Of a DNA stretch of 64,000 nucleotides, positions 19,436 through 28,957 are shown in pieces (position 1 is the stretch's first letter; each line of letters starts with the position of its first letter). The notes beneath the pieces are model-generated. The model saw only the letters and a program-made list of their open reading frames with translations, had not been told where the DNA came from and made no database searches. A program made the position numbers and the translations under genes. Source of the stretch: a virus; IMG/VR virus record IMGVR_UViG_3300042535_000023, positions 18,192 through 82,191 of that record; one strand, written 5' to 3'.

Positions 19436-20172
19436 AATTCTTCTCCTTTATAATACTTATTAATTCGTGCATTTGCCTTAACACACATTTCCTTGTCTAA
19501 ATCACTACCAAGAGCTTTTCTTCTGTTTTGAAGTGCCGCTAAAACAGTTGTTCCTGACCCACTAAAAGGGTCTACAACTAAATCACCCTCATTAGAATGA
19601 ATTTCAATTAGCTCCCTCATCAAATCGAGCGACTTTTGTGTAGGATGTATTCGTTTGCCGCCGTCACGGTGTATTGGGTAACTAAATACACCGTCATTAT
19701 ACTTGGAATTAAAGGTAGGCTTACTACCTTTAACAGCTACTAAAGCTACTTCTCTTGCATTTGATAAGTAAGTAGCTTTACTATTTATAGGAACTGGGTT
19801 AGTTTTTAACATTTCAATGAATCTAAACATGCCGTAGCCTTTATTGGCCGCTTCCATAATACCTCGTAAAGACTCTAGTTTCCAAAGGTCATACCAAACT
19901 ATAATGGTTCCGCCTTTTCTAAGCTTCATATAAGCTATTTTAAAAAAATCAAGCAGCATACTGTTATGAGTAGCAATGTCTACATTATCCCAGTCACCAA
20001 AATCAATATCAATCATAAAACGGGCTACACCTTTCTTACCTTTAGATTTAAAGCCCGACTTCTTAGAAATAATATAAGGAGGGTCAGTCAATATTAAATC
20101 TATTGAAGCGTCGTCAAAGGACTTTAAAAACTCCTCGGCACTACAATTATTTATAAATGGCTTACTACTCAT
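19420..20172 (-). CDS. DNA N6A/N4C methyltransferase, beta class
   Basis: IDLILTDPPY, KTNPVPIN, HPTQKS, VVDPFSGSGTT. Confidence 0.92.
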   Translation of the reverse strand: MSSKPFINNCSAEEFLKSFDDASIDLILTDPPYIISKKSGFKSKGKKGVARFMIDIDFGDWDNVDIATHNSMLLDFFKIAYMKLRKGGTIIVWYDLWKLESLRGIMEAANKGYGMFRFIEMLKTNPVPINSKATYLSNAREVALVAVKGSKPTFNSKYNDGVFSYPIHRDGGKRIHPTQKSLDLMRELIEIHSNEGDLVVDPFSGSGTTVLAALQNRRKALGSDLDKEMCVKANARINKYYKGEELWQKI

Positions 20173-20432
20173 CGAGCTACCTCATCTATTTCCATTTCAT
20201 TCTTCTGAAACAAAATTCCACAACAAAGGTACTCATGATTAATTATTTTACCTGTTTTAGGATCTTCTAATTGAACATAGTCACTTTTATACCCGATCTG
20301 TCTACAGTCAAAGGATTTCGCACAATACTTCCACTCTCCTACTACAGTGTGATCGTCCATAGGCTCGAAATCTCTACAATCTTTTTTTAATTTTAATCTG
20401 CAAATACTATCTGGTGTTATTATTAGGGACAT
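20169..20432 (-). CDS. Small Cys-containing hypothetical protein
   Basis: ORF coupled to both neighbours; GGAG SD. Confidence 0.55.
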   Translation of the reverse strand: MSLIITPDSICRLKLKKDCRDFEPMDDHTVVGEWKYCAKSFDCRQIGYKSDYVQLEDPKTGKIINHEYLCCGILFQKNEMEIDEVAR

Positions 20433-20782
20433 ATAGGCTCCTTATTTTGGGCTTCTAATATTCTTTGTAAGACTAATTGTTCGGTTATTATATCATTATA
20501 ATAAAACAAAGTCAAGCATAATTTATTTTCTTCACAATATTCAACTTTCAAATTATCTCTTTTCTTCTGAGCACGGAAATTAGAAACATCATTATCATGC
20601 ATATGTCTATTAAAGGTGAAGTGCTGCTGGCCCTGAACCTCTATTAAAACTGATAAATCTCTTACAAAAAAATCAAAAAATAAACGAGCACCTTTATATT
20701 TTATATAGTGTTCCTTTATAATATGACTAAAAGGAAATAATACCTTAAGTATAGCGCCCACATCTTCAGCTATTTGACTCAT
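20423..20782 (-). CDS. Vsr/DUF559-like PD-(D/E)XK endonuclease
   Basis: LFFDFF...LIEVQGQQH...QKKRDNLKVEYC. Confidence 0.75.
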   Translation of the reverse strand: MSQIAEDVGAILKVLFPFSHIIKEHYIKYKGARLFFDFFVRDLSVLIEVQGQQHFTFNRHMHDNDVSNFRAQKKRDNLKVEYCEENKLCLTLFYYNDIITEQLVLQRILEAQNKEPICP

Positions 20783-21840
20783 ACTAATCCTTGCTTCTTA
20801 TATCCTTCTTCCAAACCTAAAGCTTTTATAACTGCCTCACGGATTATTAAATATATATCCATATTATCCTTCATAAATTGTATGGCCTTAGCTTCACCTT
20901 GTGCTATATTCTTTCCCTCATAAGCATACCAAGCTCCAGATTTATCAAGGATACCTAAATCGGTGGCCAAAGTTACACATTCCCATATAGAGTCGTAACC
21001 TTTACCATAAACCAAAGGCACAACACAAGATCTAAAAGGCTTACTTAACTTGTTCTTTTTGATAACAAAATTAGTTAGATGCCCCATAACCTCGCCGGAT
21101 TCAGGATCAACTATATGTGAGCTCTTTGCTTCCCCACCATCTACTTTTATTCTACCAGTCGCACTAAAATCGAGCGCTATTCCTCCAGTTGTTACTTCCG
21201 GATTTCCGTAGCCACCTATCTTACTTCTAACTTGGTTAATAAATATTAAAAGTGTATTGGTTTCACCAGCTAAGGGAACAAACTTTCTCATAGCCTTAGA
21301 CATAAGCCTTGCGAGAAGGCCCATAAATTGATCCTCCATGTCAGCATCAGCCTCAGATTGCGGAATTAGAGAGGACACACTATCAACTACAGCGACATCA
21401 ATTTCTCCCGTGGCCATTATTTTTTCCAATACATCCAAATTCTCTTCTCCTGAAAATGCCCTGACAAGAAGTAGGTCATCAATATTAACACCCATAGCCG
21501 CAAATAACTTTGCGTCAGCTGCTCTTTCTGCATCGACAAAACAACAACGCTTGCCCTGTTTTTGGGCCTGTGCAATAATGCTCATGGTCAAAGTTGTCTT
21601 GCCTCCAGATGGAGGACCATAGACCTCATACACCCTCCCAAAAGCTAAACCAGCTCGACCAAGTGCCGCATCAAGACCAAGTGATCCTGTGGATATAGTA
21701 GGGATAATAACATCCTTCTGGTCACCCATAGAAGTTAATACCTTACCATACTTCTTCTCAATTGCTTTTTTGACTATGTCCAACGAATCTACCTTTCTAT
21801 CCTTACCTTCCTCTTCCTTTACTTCCTTTTTCTTTGCCAT
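20779..21840 (-). CDS. recA: RecA recombinase
   Basis: ISTGSLGLDAALG, EVYGPPSGGKTT, FVDAE, VVDSV, ARLMSKAMRK, FINQVR, TTGG, KNK, KSGAWY. Confidence 0.96.
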   Translation of the reverse strand: MAKKKEVKEEEGKDRKVDSLDIVKKAIEKKYGKVLTSMGDQKDVIIPTISTGSLGLDAALGRAGLAFGRVYEVYGPPSGGKTTLTMSIIAQAQKQGKRCCFVDAERAADAKLFAAMGVNIDDLLLVRAFSGEENLDVLEKIMATGEIDVAVVDSVSSLIPQSEADADMEDQFMGLLARLMSKAMRKFVPLAGETNTLLIFINQVRSKIGGYGNPEVTTGGIALDFSATGRIKVDGGEAKSSHIVDPESGEVMGHLTNFVIKKNKLSKPFRSCVVPLVYGKGYDSIWECVTLATDLGILDKSGAWYAYEGKNIAQGEAKAIQFMKDNMDIYLIIREAVIKALGLEEGYKKQGLV

Positions 21841-21849
21841 ATTCTCTCC

Positions 21850-22419
21850 TTAATCAAGTGATATTCCCATATCGTCGTTATCTAATTCTCCTGATCTATC
21901 TATACATTCATTTAACTTATCAATATGTTTTGCTTCTGTTTTCTTATAAAGTAATTCTACTGCTTTATTTGTTATCCATACTGCTTTTCCTTGGCCGAAA
22001 ATTGTAAATCCTACTGGGGGTTTTAGTTGAAACTCTTCCATATTATCAAAGAATGAATCTATTATATCCATACATTCTTGGAAGGCTACTTTTTTATTGA
22101 CTCCATTTTTTTGGCGCGAGGCTAAAAAATGCTTCGCCACTACTCTATCTCTAGTCTTATCTTCAGAACAAAGAACCTTTGGGTAACGATGTCTCAAAAT
22201 ATTATAGAAATAACTTGGAAGATCATCTAACCTTGTTGTAATAGGCTTCTCTTTTACTTTATCTGATACCCTATAACCACGAAAAATAAGATAATCTTTA
22301 CAAACAGCATCAAGTTCATCGTAAACAACGTCATCAAACCCAAACACAGGGTTAGTAGAAAATTTATTTATAACATAATTTAAATCTTCCGTCAATGAAT
22401 TTAATGTAACCTTCTTCAT
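21850..22419 (-). CDS. Hypothetical protein
   Basis: 189-aa ORF in operon context. Confidence 0.6.
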   Translation of the reverse strand: MKKVTLNSLTEDLNYVINKFSTNPVFGFDDVVYDELDAVCKDYLIFRGYRVSDKVKEKPITTRLDDLPSYFYNILRHRYPKVLCSEDKTRDRVVAKHFLASRQKNGVNKKVAFQECMDIIDSFFDNMEEFQLKPPVGFTIFGQGKAVWITNKAVELLYKKTEAKHIDKLNECIDRSGELDNDDMGISLD

Positions 22420-22424
22420 AATTC

Positions 22425-23558
22425 TTATCTCTTTGTTAATTTAGTAATCAATGCCCTATGACTTTCTAAATTACCTGAATCAAATACCAACCAATTAGTA
22501 TCATCTGAAAATTTAAAATTTAATTTGGCGTCCTTTATAACCGAAATAGTATTGATCATATGAGCACCATTTACGTCGACCGAAAAAGATTTATCATAAT
22601 TAACTTCGGAATCACTATCAACCGTGGCCTGATTATTTGAGAATGTAATCTTTTTATCTTGGATTGTCAAGGATAATCTTTTGTTATCGTCTGGATCTAA
22701 AAGGTCCCTGAAAGGTGTAAGGCATTCCATTAACATATCTCTATCCAATTCTATTGAGCCCGAAAAATTTTCAAGAAGTGGTTGGTAGTCTGGGAAGGCA
22801 CATCCAATAACCATGCGCCCATAAACATTCACATTATCAATCTTAACCTCAATCTTGGCCCCCTCGATATTAAAAAATACCTGTGAATTATCTCCAAGTA
22901 TTTTCCTTAGTCCCTGGGCAAAATCCATCTTAAATAAGAAACTTCCTACTTTAAGGTTACCCCTATTCTCGACCCTATACTCTGAAAGAGTTACAGCGTT
23001 AGAACCAACAAAAATTATATGCTTGTCAGTAAATGTAATGCAAGGCCCCTGAAGGTATGTTCGAGTTTCTTTGGGATCAATGGCATAACTAATTTTTTCG
23101 ATTGCTTCTTTTAGCAACTGTGAATGCATTATGAAGGTTGTTTTTTCTACAGGAATGGGTCTGTTGATTCCGAAGTTGTCAAAGTGGGTAAGTTTAATTT
23201 TACCTTTTGTTTCTTTACCATTACCATGAACATTACTAACATAAAGAAAGGTGCTGTCTTTAACTTCTTTAAGATGAAATTCTTTGGCGCCTACCGACCC
23301 ATCATATGGTGCAAAAGAAGAAACAAAAGAACGCATATCTCCATAAGACACTGTTACATGTCCTGGAACTAAAATTTCTGCCTGGTCTACAGTAATATCT
23401 ACCCCCATAGTTCCAAGGTTTGATATAAATATTAACTTATTATCCTCGGTAGACTCGATGTAAACTCTTCCTGATGACTCCTCTGTCCCTATCTTGGCCG
23501 TGATTCCTAAAACTTTAACTACTCTTTGAAACTCCATAGTATTCAATTTAAATTCCAT
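22425..23558 (-). CDS. dnaN: DNA polymerase III beta sliding clamp
   Basis: ~377 aa; IEKISYAI...RTYLQG, VGSNAVTL, FPDYQ, three-domain clamp pattern; start MEFK after AAAGGAG. Confidence 0.8.
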   Translation of the reverse strand: MEFKLNTMEFQRVVKVLGITAKIGTEESSGRVYIESTEDNKLIFISNLGTMGVDITVDQAEILVPGHVTVSYGDMRSFVSSFAPYDGSVGAKEFHLKEVKDSTFLYVSNVHGNGKETKGKIKLTHFDNFGINRPIPVEKTTFIMHSQLLKEAIEKISYAIDPKETRTYLQGPCITFTDKHIIFVGSNAVTLSEYRVENRGNLKVGSFLFKMDFAQGLRKILGDNSQVFFNIEGAKIEVKIDNVNVYGRMVIGCAFPDYQPLLENFSGSIELDRDMLMECLTPFRDLLDPDDNKRLSLTIQDKKITFSNNQATVDSDSEVNYDKSFSVDVNGAHMINTISVIKDAKLNFKFSDDTNWLVFDSGNLESHRALITKLTKR

Positions 23559-23612
23559 AATACTTTCTCCTTTAAACAATTAATAAAAACTATTATTCCT
23601 TTTTATTCTTCC

Positions 23613-23641
23613 TTTATACACTATTTTTTAATTCTTGTCAA
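23613..23641 (-). promoter_or_regulatory. Consensus sigma70-type promoter upstream of dnaN
   Basis: Minus strand TTGACA (23641-23636), 17-nt spacer, TATAAA (23618-23613) in the intergenic gap. Confidence 0.85.
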
Positions 23642-23647
23642 GGTATT

Positions 23648-26600
23648 TTAACCGAAGATTAATAAATTATCTCTTGTTGAATAGTTGGTTGCTTTAGTCC
23701 AAGCACCTGACCTTTGAATATTTGATATACGTGTCTCATCTAAATATCCCTTATAAGTATATCCTGTTCTAATATCTAAACCACTAAATATAATAGAAGT
23801 TCCACTTGCTACGGTAAAACCTGAAACGGAGAATTGATCATGAAGGGCCCCATTCTTATATGTCTTTGCAACACTTCCATCATAGTTAATACTAACATGT
23901 GCCAGCTCTAACTCTTGAATAGTAAATGTGGTTTCTGGAGTTAGCCCCGATATTGTTTTTGTGCTGGACGCTCCGTGCCAATTATAATGTATAATATACT
24001 TTGTTGGTGTTGCTGAAATCACGTTATTACCCCAAGCCCCATCTCCCTGCAAAGGCTTCATAAATGTTTCTACTGTGCAAGAAGTGAATCCTGGGAAATT
24101 ATTTACCTGACCTTCAGCATAAGATCCATCACAATATAAAGATCCGCCTCCATTAATTATTCCACTAACAAACTCAGGTGTTCCATACACACAAGGTCTA
24201 TTAGAAGAACTCTCAACAAACGATCCATCAAAGTGCCATACCCCTAAATAATTATCATCCCAAACGTCTTGTGCTATAGTAGAGCCACTATCATCTATCA
24301 AATTACTATCTATGTCTATATTATACCACAAATAAATTTCGGTGTCAACAGAAGAACTTATAAAAGGCACCTTTACCCACATATGGGCTGAACCTAAAGT
24401 ATGGTTCCAATAAGAAATTTCAGCAGGGCAGGTTACTTGAGAACCAAAAGCATTAGCTATAAATCTTATTTTCTTCCTATTATCATAACTTTCTCCTGAT
24501 CCATCAGAAAGAATTTCAAACAAAGAAGTAGAATCATAGTCACTACTTCCTGAAGTTAGCCCTATATTAACAAGTATTGGAAAATTTGTCAAGTCAGAAT
24601 CTATCTTAGTATGATCTATCCTTATTCTAATACTATTTCCTTCATTAAATTCCCCATATGTGCCCACTATAACGGATCCTATGTCTTCTGTCAACTTATT
24701 TCTTTCACCAGTTATATATGAAATCAATTCATGTTGATAATTTGATCTTGAAGTTACATCCATTCTGCTTGGTAAATCTCTGAAACCTTTATATTTATAA
24801 CCAACACTTAAAACTCTAGCACTTATATCTTTGTAACCACCCACCGCATTTATTAATGACTCTAAATTATATTTTCTTAAAATACTAACACGATCTATGA
24901 CATCCCTCATAGCTTCATCTATTGTAGAATAATCTCTTAAATCAAATATATATTTTTTCTTTACTTGTGCTCTATCTATTGTATTATCAGTTACTTTTTT
25001 AAATCCTTCTATTCTTATAGACCATTTAGAATTCCTATCTGCTTTATACACTTTTTCTTCGCCCGAAAAAAAGTAATATTGATCTACTGCTTCTCTAAAA
25101 GCAAACTCGACCTCCCTTTGCCAGAAAGGTTCACCAGGAATAACATTTACAACTATATCTCTAGACTTAACTTCATCAAATCTATCTTTCATTGTATATG
25201 AAAGATTAATAGTAGCTATTATACTAGCCCCTAAATCCATATACAAAGGCTGCCCATAAATATAGGAGTAAAAATCAAAGGTGTTTTGTCGTTTATAACG
25301 AACGGTAAAGTAATTGTAAGTGTAACTCGGCTGTCTAACACTAAATGACAATGGTATCCTTGTAACTTCTCTTCTATTATACCTTATTGTTATAGAATCT
25401 TCAACTAAATATTGTTCAGAATTAATATATGATTTAATATCAAACATATTATCAACTATGCTCGAATAAATATAACCCCTCAAATCAAATTTAACTTTTG
25501 GATTTATATAGGCATTTAAATCTTTATACCCAGAGCCAAAACACGCGGCGTTTATTACACCTTTTATATCTATATGAGACAGCAAAGCAATATTTATAAA
25601 GTTTTTTACTAAAGTTATTTTTGGAACCAGCTGAGATGGTATATTTATTAACTTACCAACTGAAAAGATATAAGCCCCTAAATTAAAGGGCTCTATAGTT
25701 TCAATATATGAGTTTATATTTTGTTCGCCATAACTTGTCACATAACCAGGTAAATCTAAAGATACCTTAAGCCCAAGCATACATTTTAAATATGCTTTTA
25801 AATCCACAGGCTGAACCACATTAATATAAGCCCTAATATCATTAGCTCCATACTCAGCTAACATATAGGCAGGTAAATCAAATATGTGCCAAACATCAAT
25901 ACTACTTGATATATCTACAGGTCTTACAGCTTGTAAATAAGCACCCAAATCCTTAGGCGGGGCTTTAATTCCTAATTTACCCCACAAAAGAAATGAATTA
26001 TAAATATGAGGAACAATACCTGGTAAATCATACTCCGCCCAACCATGTAAAAAAGCGGCCACATTTTTTATAACATTACGAGCATACACCCGCATTATAT
26101 GGTTTATATCTATAGATAATCTAAAATTAACTTTTAAATAATTTGGTATATTATGAGTGGCAGGAGTCCAACCGCGTATGGCTACTTTTAAATTCTTTTG
26201 ATTTAATCTATGCCAAGGTCTTATAGTTTGAAAATAATCATATTGTTCTGGATAAGTAGGTTTTAAATACTCTGCTACATCTTTTTCTAATCTAAAATTA
26301 GGTTTTAAATAGTTTGGTATATCACGCTGTCCTGGTTTCCAACCTCTAATAGTATTAAAAATATCCTTACTATTATCACGGGAATAACCTCTAATAAGAT
26401 TAGAAACATTATATTGGTCTTTGCCCCACATTCTTATGGTTGAAAATACATCTTTAATATTACCAACAGAATACATTTTAATTACTGAGTTAACATCCAA
26501 AAAGGAATTAATAGCTGGTTTTATGTAATGTATTAAATCTACTGTATCTTTTATTGTGGGTTTAACATAATTTTTTAAATCTTTAATATACCATTTACCG

Positions 26601-27097
26601 TTAATAGTTCCACGCAAATCAAAATGAGGTGGATTTACCTTTAAATAGCCACCTATATCCCTTATACCACCATATCTACAAGGTAATTTTAAAGTTTTTG
26701 GTCCTCTACTATCATAACCTACTATAATTGTAGGACAATCTTTTAAATAAGTATAATCACTGTTCTGATAAATACCCATAGCAGTCATAATTGAAGATAT
26801 GTCTAAAACTTCTTTAAACACGCCACGAATTGTATTTTTTATATTTATGTAAAATGGAGAATATAGATAGGCATTTAAATCATAAGAACTTTTAAACTTT
26901 ATACCGGTAATATCTGAAGATACATTTTCTTGGCCGGGAGCAAAAACCTTAATTATAGAATTAAGATTAACGGTCCCCTCACTAACAACCCCATAAGAAA
27001 ATTTAAATTGAAGATCATCGTTTGAAGGAGGAGTATAACCTACATCCGAAAACTTAAAAAAGAGGTTATTTGAATTTGGTGGATTATAATCTGCCAA
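23648..27097 (-). CDS. Large virion protein: YxPP N-terminus, 11-14 aa solenoid repeats, C-terminal DUF2341 + LamG
   Basis: TTG start after GGAGG; repeats D-[LIV]-x-x-[YT]-[IL]; IDHTKIDSDLTNFPILV...WVKVP...YLWY, GVWHF, LDETRISNIQRSGAW. Confidence 0.75.
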   Translation of the reverse strand: MADYNPPNSNNLFFKFSDVGYTPPSNDDLQFKFSYGVVSEGTVNLNSIIKVFAPGQENVSSDITGIKFKSSYDLNAYLYSPFYINIKNTIRGVFKEVLDISSIMTAMGIYQNSDYTYLKDCPTIIVGYDSRGPKTLKLPCRYGGIRDIGGYLKVNPPHFDLRGTINGKWYIKDLKNYVKPTIKDTVDLIHYIKPAINSFLDVNSVIKMYSVGNIKDVFSTIRMWGKDQYNVSNLIRGYSRDNSKDIFNTIRGWKPGQRDIPNYLKPNFRLEKDVAEYLKPTYPEQYDYFQTIRPWHRLNQKNLKVAIRGWTPATHNIPNYLKVNFRLSIDINHIMRVYARNVIKNVAAFLHGWAEYDLPGIVPHIYNSFLLWGKLGIKAPPKDLGAYLQAVRPVDISSSIDVWHIFDLPAYMLAEYGANDIRAYINVVQPVDLKAYLKCMLGLKVSLDLPGYVTSYGEQNINSYIETIEPFNLGAYIFSVGKLINIPSQLVPKITLVKNFINIALLSHIDIKGVINAACFGSGYKDLNAYINPKVKFDLRGYIYSSIVDNMFDIKSYINSEQYLVEDSITIRYNRREVTRIPLSFSVRQPSYTYNYFTVRYKRQNTFDFYSYIYGQPLYMDLGASIIATINLSYTMKDRFDEVKSRDIVVNVIPGEPFWQREVEFAFREAVDQYYFFSGEEKVYKADRNSKWSIRIEGFKKVTDNTIDRAQVKKKYIFDLRDYSTIDEAMRDVIDRVSILRKYNLESLINAVGGYKDISARVLSVGYKYKGFRDLPSRMDVTSRSNYQHELISYITGERNKLTEDIGSVIVGTYGEFNEGNSIRIRIDHTKIDSDLTNFPILVNIGLTSGSSDYDSTSLFEILSDGSGESYDNRKKIRFIANAFGSQVTCPAEISYWNHTLGSAHMWVKVPFISSSVDTEIYLWYNIDIDSNLIDDSGSTIAQDVWDDNYLGVWHFDGSFVESSSNRPCVYGTPEFVSGIINGGGSLYCDGSYAEGQVNNFPGFTSCTVETFMKPLQGDGAWGNNVISATPTKYIIHYNWHGASSTKTISGLTPETTFTIQELELAHVSINYDGSVAKTYKNGALHDQFSVSGFTVASGTSIIFSGLDIRTGYTYKGYLDETRISNIQRSGAWTKATNYSTRDNLLIFG

Positions 27098-27110
27098 AAC
27101 TTAAACCTCC

Positions 27111-27410
27111 TTAAAATATTACGTTTATGTCTACAACATTCGAACTATCCAAAGTTTCTTGAGCTCTTCCTGCCTGAGTTGTTGAATAAAAATCATACAA
27201 AGATCTGGTAGAACTATTTATTACACTAACTGTTCCTGATGAGGCTAAATAAAAATTACCTTTATTTATTCCAGCTGATGGATCCGCCCAAATAGAAGTA
27301 AGATTAGAAGAACCTTTCAGTATAAAACCATAAAAAGTTCCTATAGGAGCAAAATCAAAGTCTAAATTATAAACCTCTATGGGGTCATCAAAGTTAAAAT
27401 CTGTGGCCAT
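27111..27410 (-). CDS. Small putative structural protein
   Basis: GGAG SD; DFNF/DFDF N-terminus; structural-gene context. Confidence 0.55.
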   Translation of the reverse strand: MATDFNFDDPIEVYNLDFDFAPIGTFYGFILKGSSNLTSIWADPSAGINKGNFYLASSGTVSVINSSTRSLYDFYSTTQAGRAQETLDSSNVVDINVIF

Positions 27411-27419
27411 AATTAGCTC

Positions 27420-28043
27420 CTAAGAAGTTTCTGGTATAATCCAATCATGAACTATTGTATTAAAGTCTAAATTATTTTCATTAAAACAAACAATATAATA
27501 AGGAGTTGTTAGACTCACAGAAGTCTCAAAAGTATAATGTCCAGTAACATCGCTCCACGTTTCACTTAATAACTTTCCGGTATCTCTATGATAAAGACGT
27601 AACATTCTGGAAACTGGATTTATGCCCTTTTTTGTTACATGCCCTGTCACAAAACCCCTTTGCTCCATTTGCCAATCACCATGCATTAATAAATTTTCTT
27701 GCATGGTGGAGCCAAAAAAAGAAACTTGTGGTCTATTATTTATAGTAAAAGTAGGTGTATTTTTTATACCATTACCAGTCAATCTGCCTTGCTGTGGATC
27801 TAACTTATAAATAGAAGATATAACCTGTGGGGGTTTAATATTAATATCATCTGTTGATGATAAATCTACCACACCATAATAAACACTGTTATCTCTTATT
27901 ATGGGGGACATAACATGAATATCATCTACAAAGGTCTCTATGGTAAGGTATAACTTATTATCTCTTAACACGGGCGACGTGATGTGTATATCATCCGCAG
28001 TATTTGAAGGTATTCCGACAACTACATTTCCAAGATCTGCCAT
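27420..28043 (-). CDS. Tail-associated protein with carboxypeptidase-regulatory-like beta-sandwich
   Basis: GHV...SRMLRLYHRDTG...TWSD.TGHYTF...FNTIVHDWIIP, similar to the C-terminus of the 1717-aa protein; N-terminal DDIH repeats. Confidence 0.6.
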   Translation of the reverse strand: MADLGNVVVGIPSNTADDIHITSPVLRDNKLYLTIETFVDDIHVMSPIIRDNSVYYGVVDLSSTDDINIKPPQVISSIYKLDPQQGRLTGNGIKNTPTFTINNRPQVSFFGSTMQENLLMHGDWQMEQRGFVTGHVTKKGINPVSRMLRLYHRDTGKLLSETWSDVTGHYTFETSVSLTTPYYIVCFNENNLDFNTIVHDWIIPETS

Positions 28044-28051
28044 AGATTATC

Positions 28052-28957
28052 CTATACTATCGGTGTATACCAATCACCGGTTATTTGAAAACATAAATTA
28101 CCAGTATAAATAGGACACATATAAAAAGTATTTCCTGATAATGCCCCTGATCCTTCAAAAGACATAGGATTACGAAATTGAGTAGTTCCTGCTATTATAG
28201 GATCAAATAACCCAGGTAGGTATCCCAAAAAAGTATAATCATGCATAAGTTTAATTCTATCTATATGCATGGCCCCTGTTAATCTATCGGGATATACTAA
28301 ATAACCATGTGATCCTATAGTTGCTCCATCTCCAGTTGTTCTAAAAACACACTGAGTAGAAGGAACAAGTAGATGATTCCAAGCTCTTCTTATATATTTA
28401 CCGCCGCTGGTAAATTGTTGGCCTTGTATCTGGGAATTCCAACCATTAGTTGAGTGTTGTTGTGTTACTAAAAGTGTGTTGTAAGGAAAATCGGCCGAAG
28501 TGCATAAATAATCTCCAAAAAACTGCATATTTCTGTAATCCATATAAGTGGTTGGGTAAGAAGCATAAGAAACACCACTTATAAAATAAAAACTTCTATC
28601 CGTAGCATAAATTTCCCAAGTATTATCTGATGTGACGCTGGTAGCTTTCCAAAACCGACTGTAAATATAACTCTCAGTAACGAAAGGCTCCGTGCCTGTA
28701 TTTATATCAGACATTGTAGCGTAGGCATTAACAGACGTATAAGTTTGGGTATCATCTACTCTCAAATAACACCTTCTTCCCGCCGGAGCTCTATATACAG
28801 CCAGATTAGTTCCAGCAAATACTTTTGACCAACCAGCTGAAGGCTTTGAACCATAACCATTAACTAAACAAGCGTCCAAAACTTTTATAAGTTCGCCGGC
28901 CACATTACTCTGAGTTGGAGCTGATGTATCACTCCATCTATAAACAAATACACTCAT
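28052..28957 (-). CDS. Tail-fibre-like protein, paralogue 1 (D.SAP...LDACLVNGYG family)
   Basis: SDTSAP...LDACLVNGYG, YLRVDD, AYATMSDINTG, FFGDY, GYLPGL. Confidence 0.65.
   Translation of the reverse strand: MSVFVYRWSDTSAPTQSNVAGELIKVLDACLVNGYGSKPSAGWSKVFAGTNLAVYRAPAGRRCYLRVDDTQTYTSVNAYATMSDINTGTEPFVTESYIYSRFWKATSVTSDNTWEIYATDRSFYFISGVSYASYPTTYMDYRNMQFFGDYLCTSADFPYNTLLVTQQHSTNGWNSQIQGQQFTSGGKYIRRAWNHLLVPSTQCVFRTTGDGATIGSHGYLVYPDRLTGAMHIDRIKLMHDYTFLGYLPGLFDPIIAGTTQFRNPMSFEGSGALSGNTFYMCPIYTGNLCFQITGDWYTPIV

Noticed and set aside
9637-21840. Inteins or introns in thyX, dnaB, recA or primase
   Set aside because: Proteins are of normal length with no splicing motifs or interruptions
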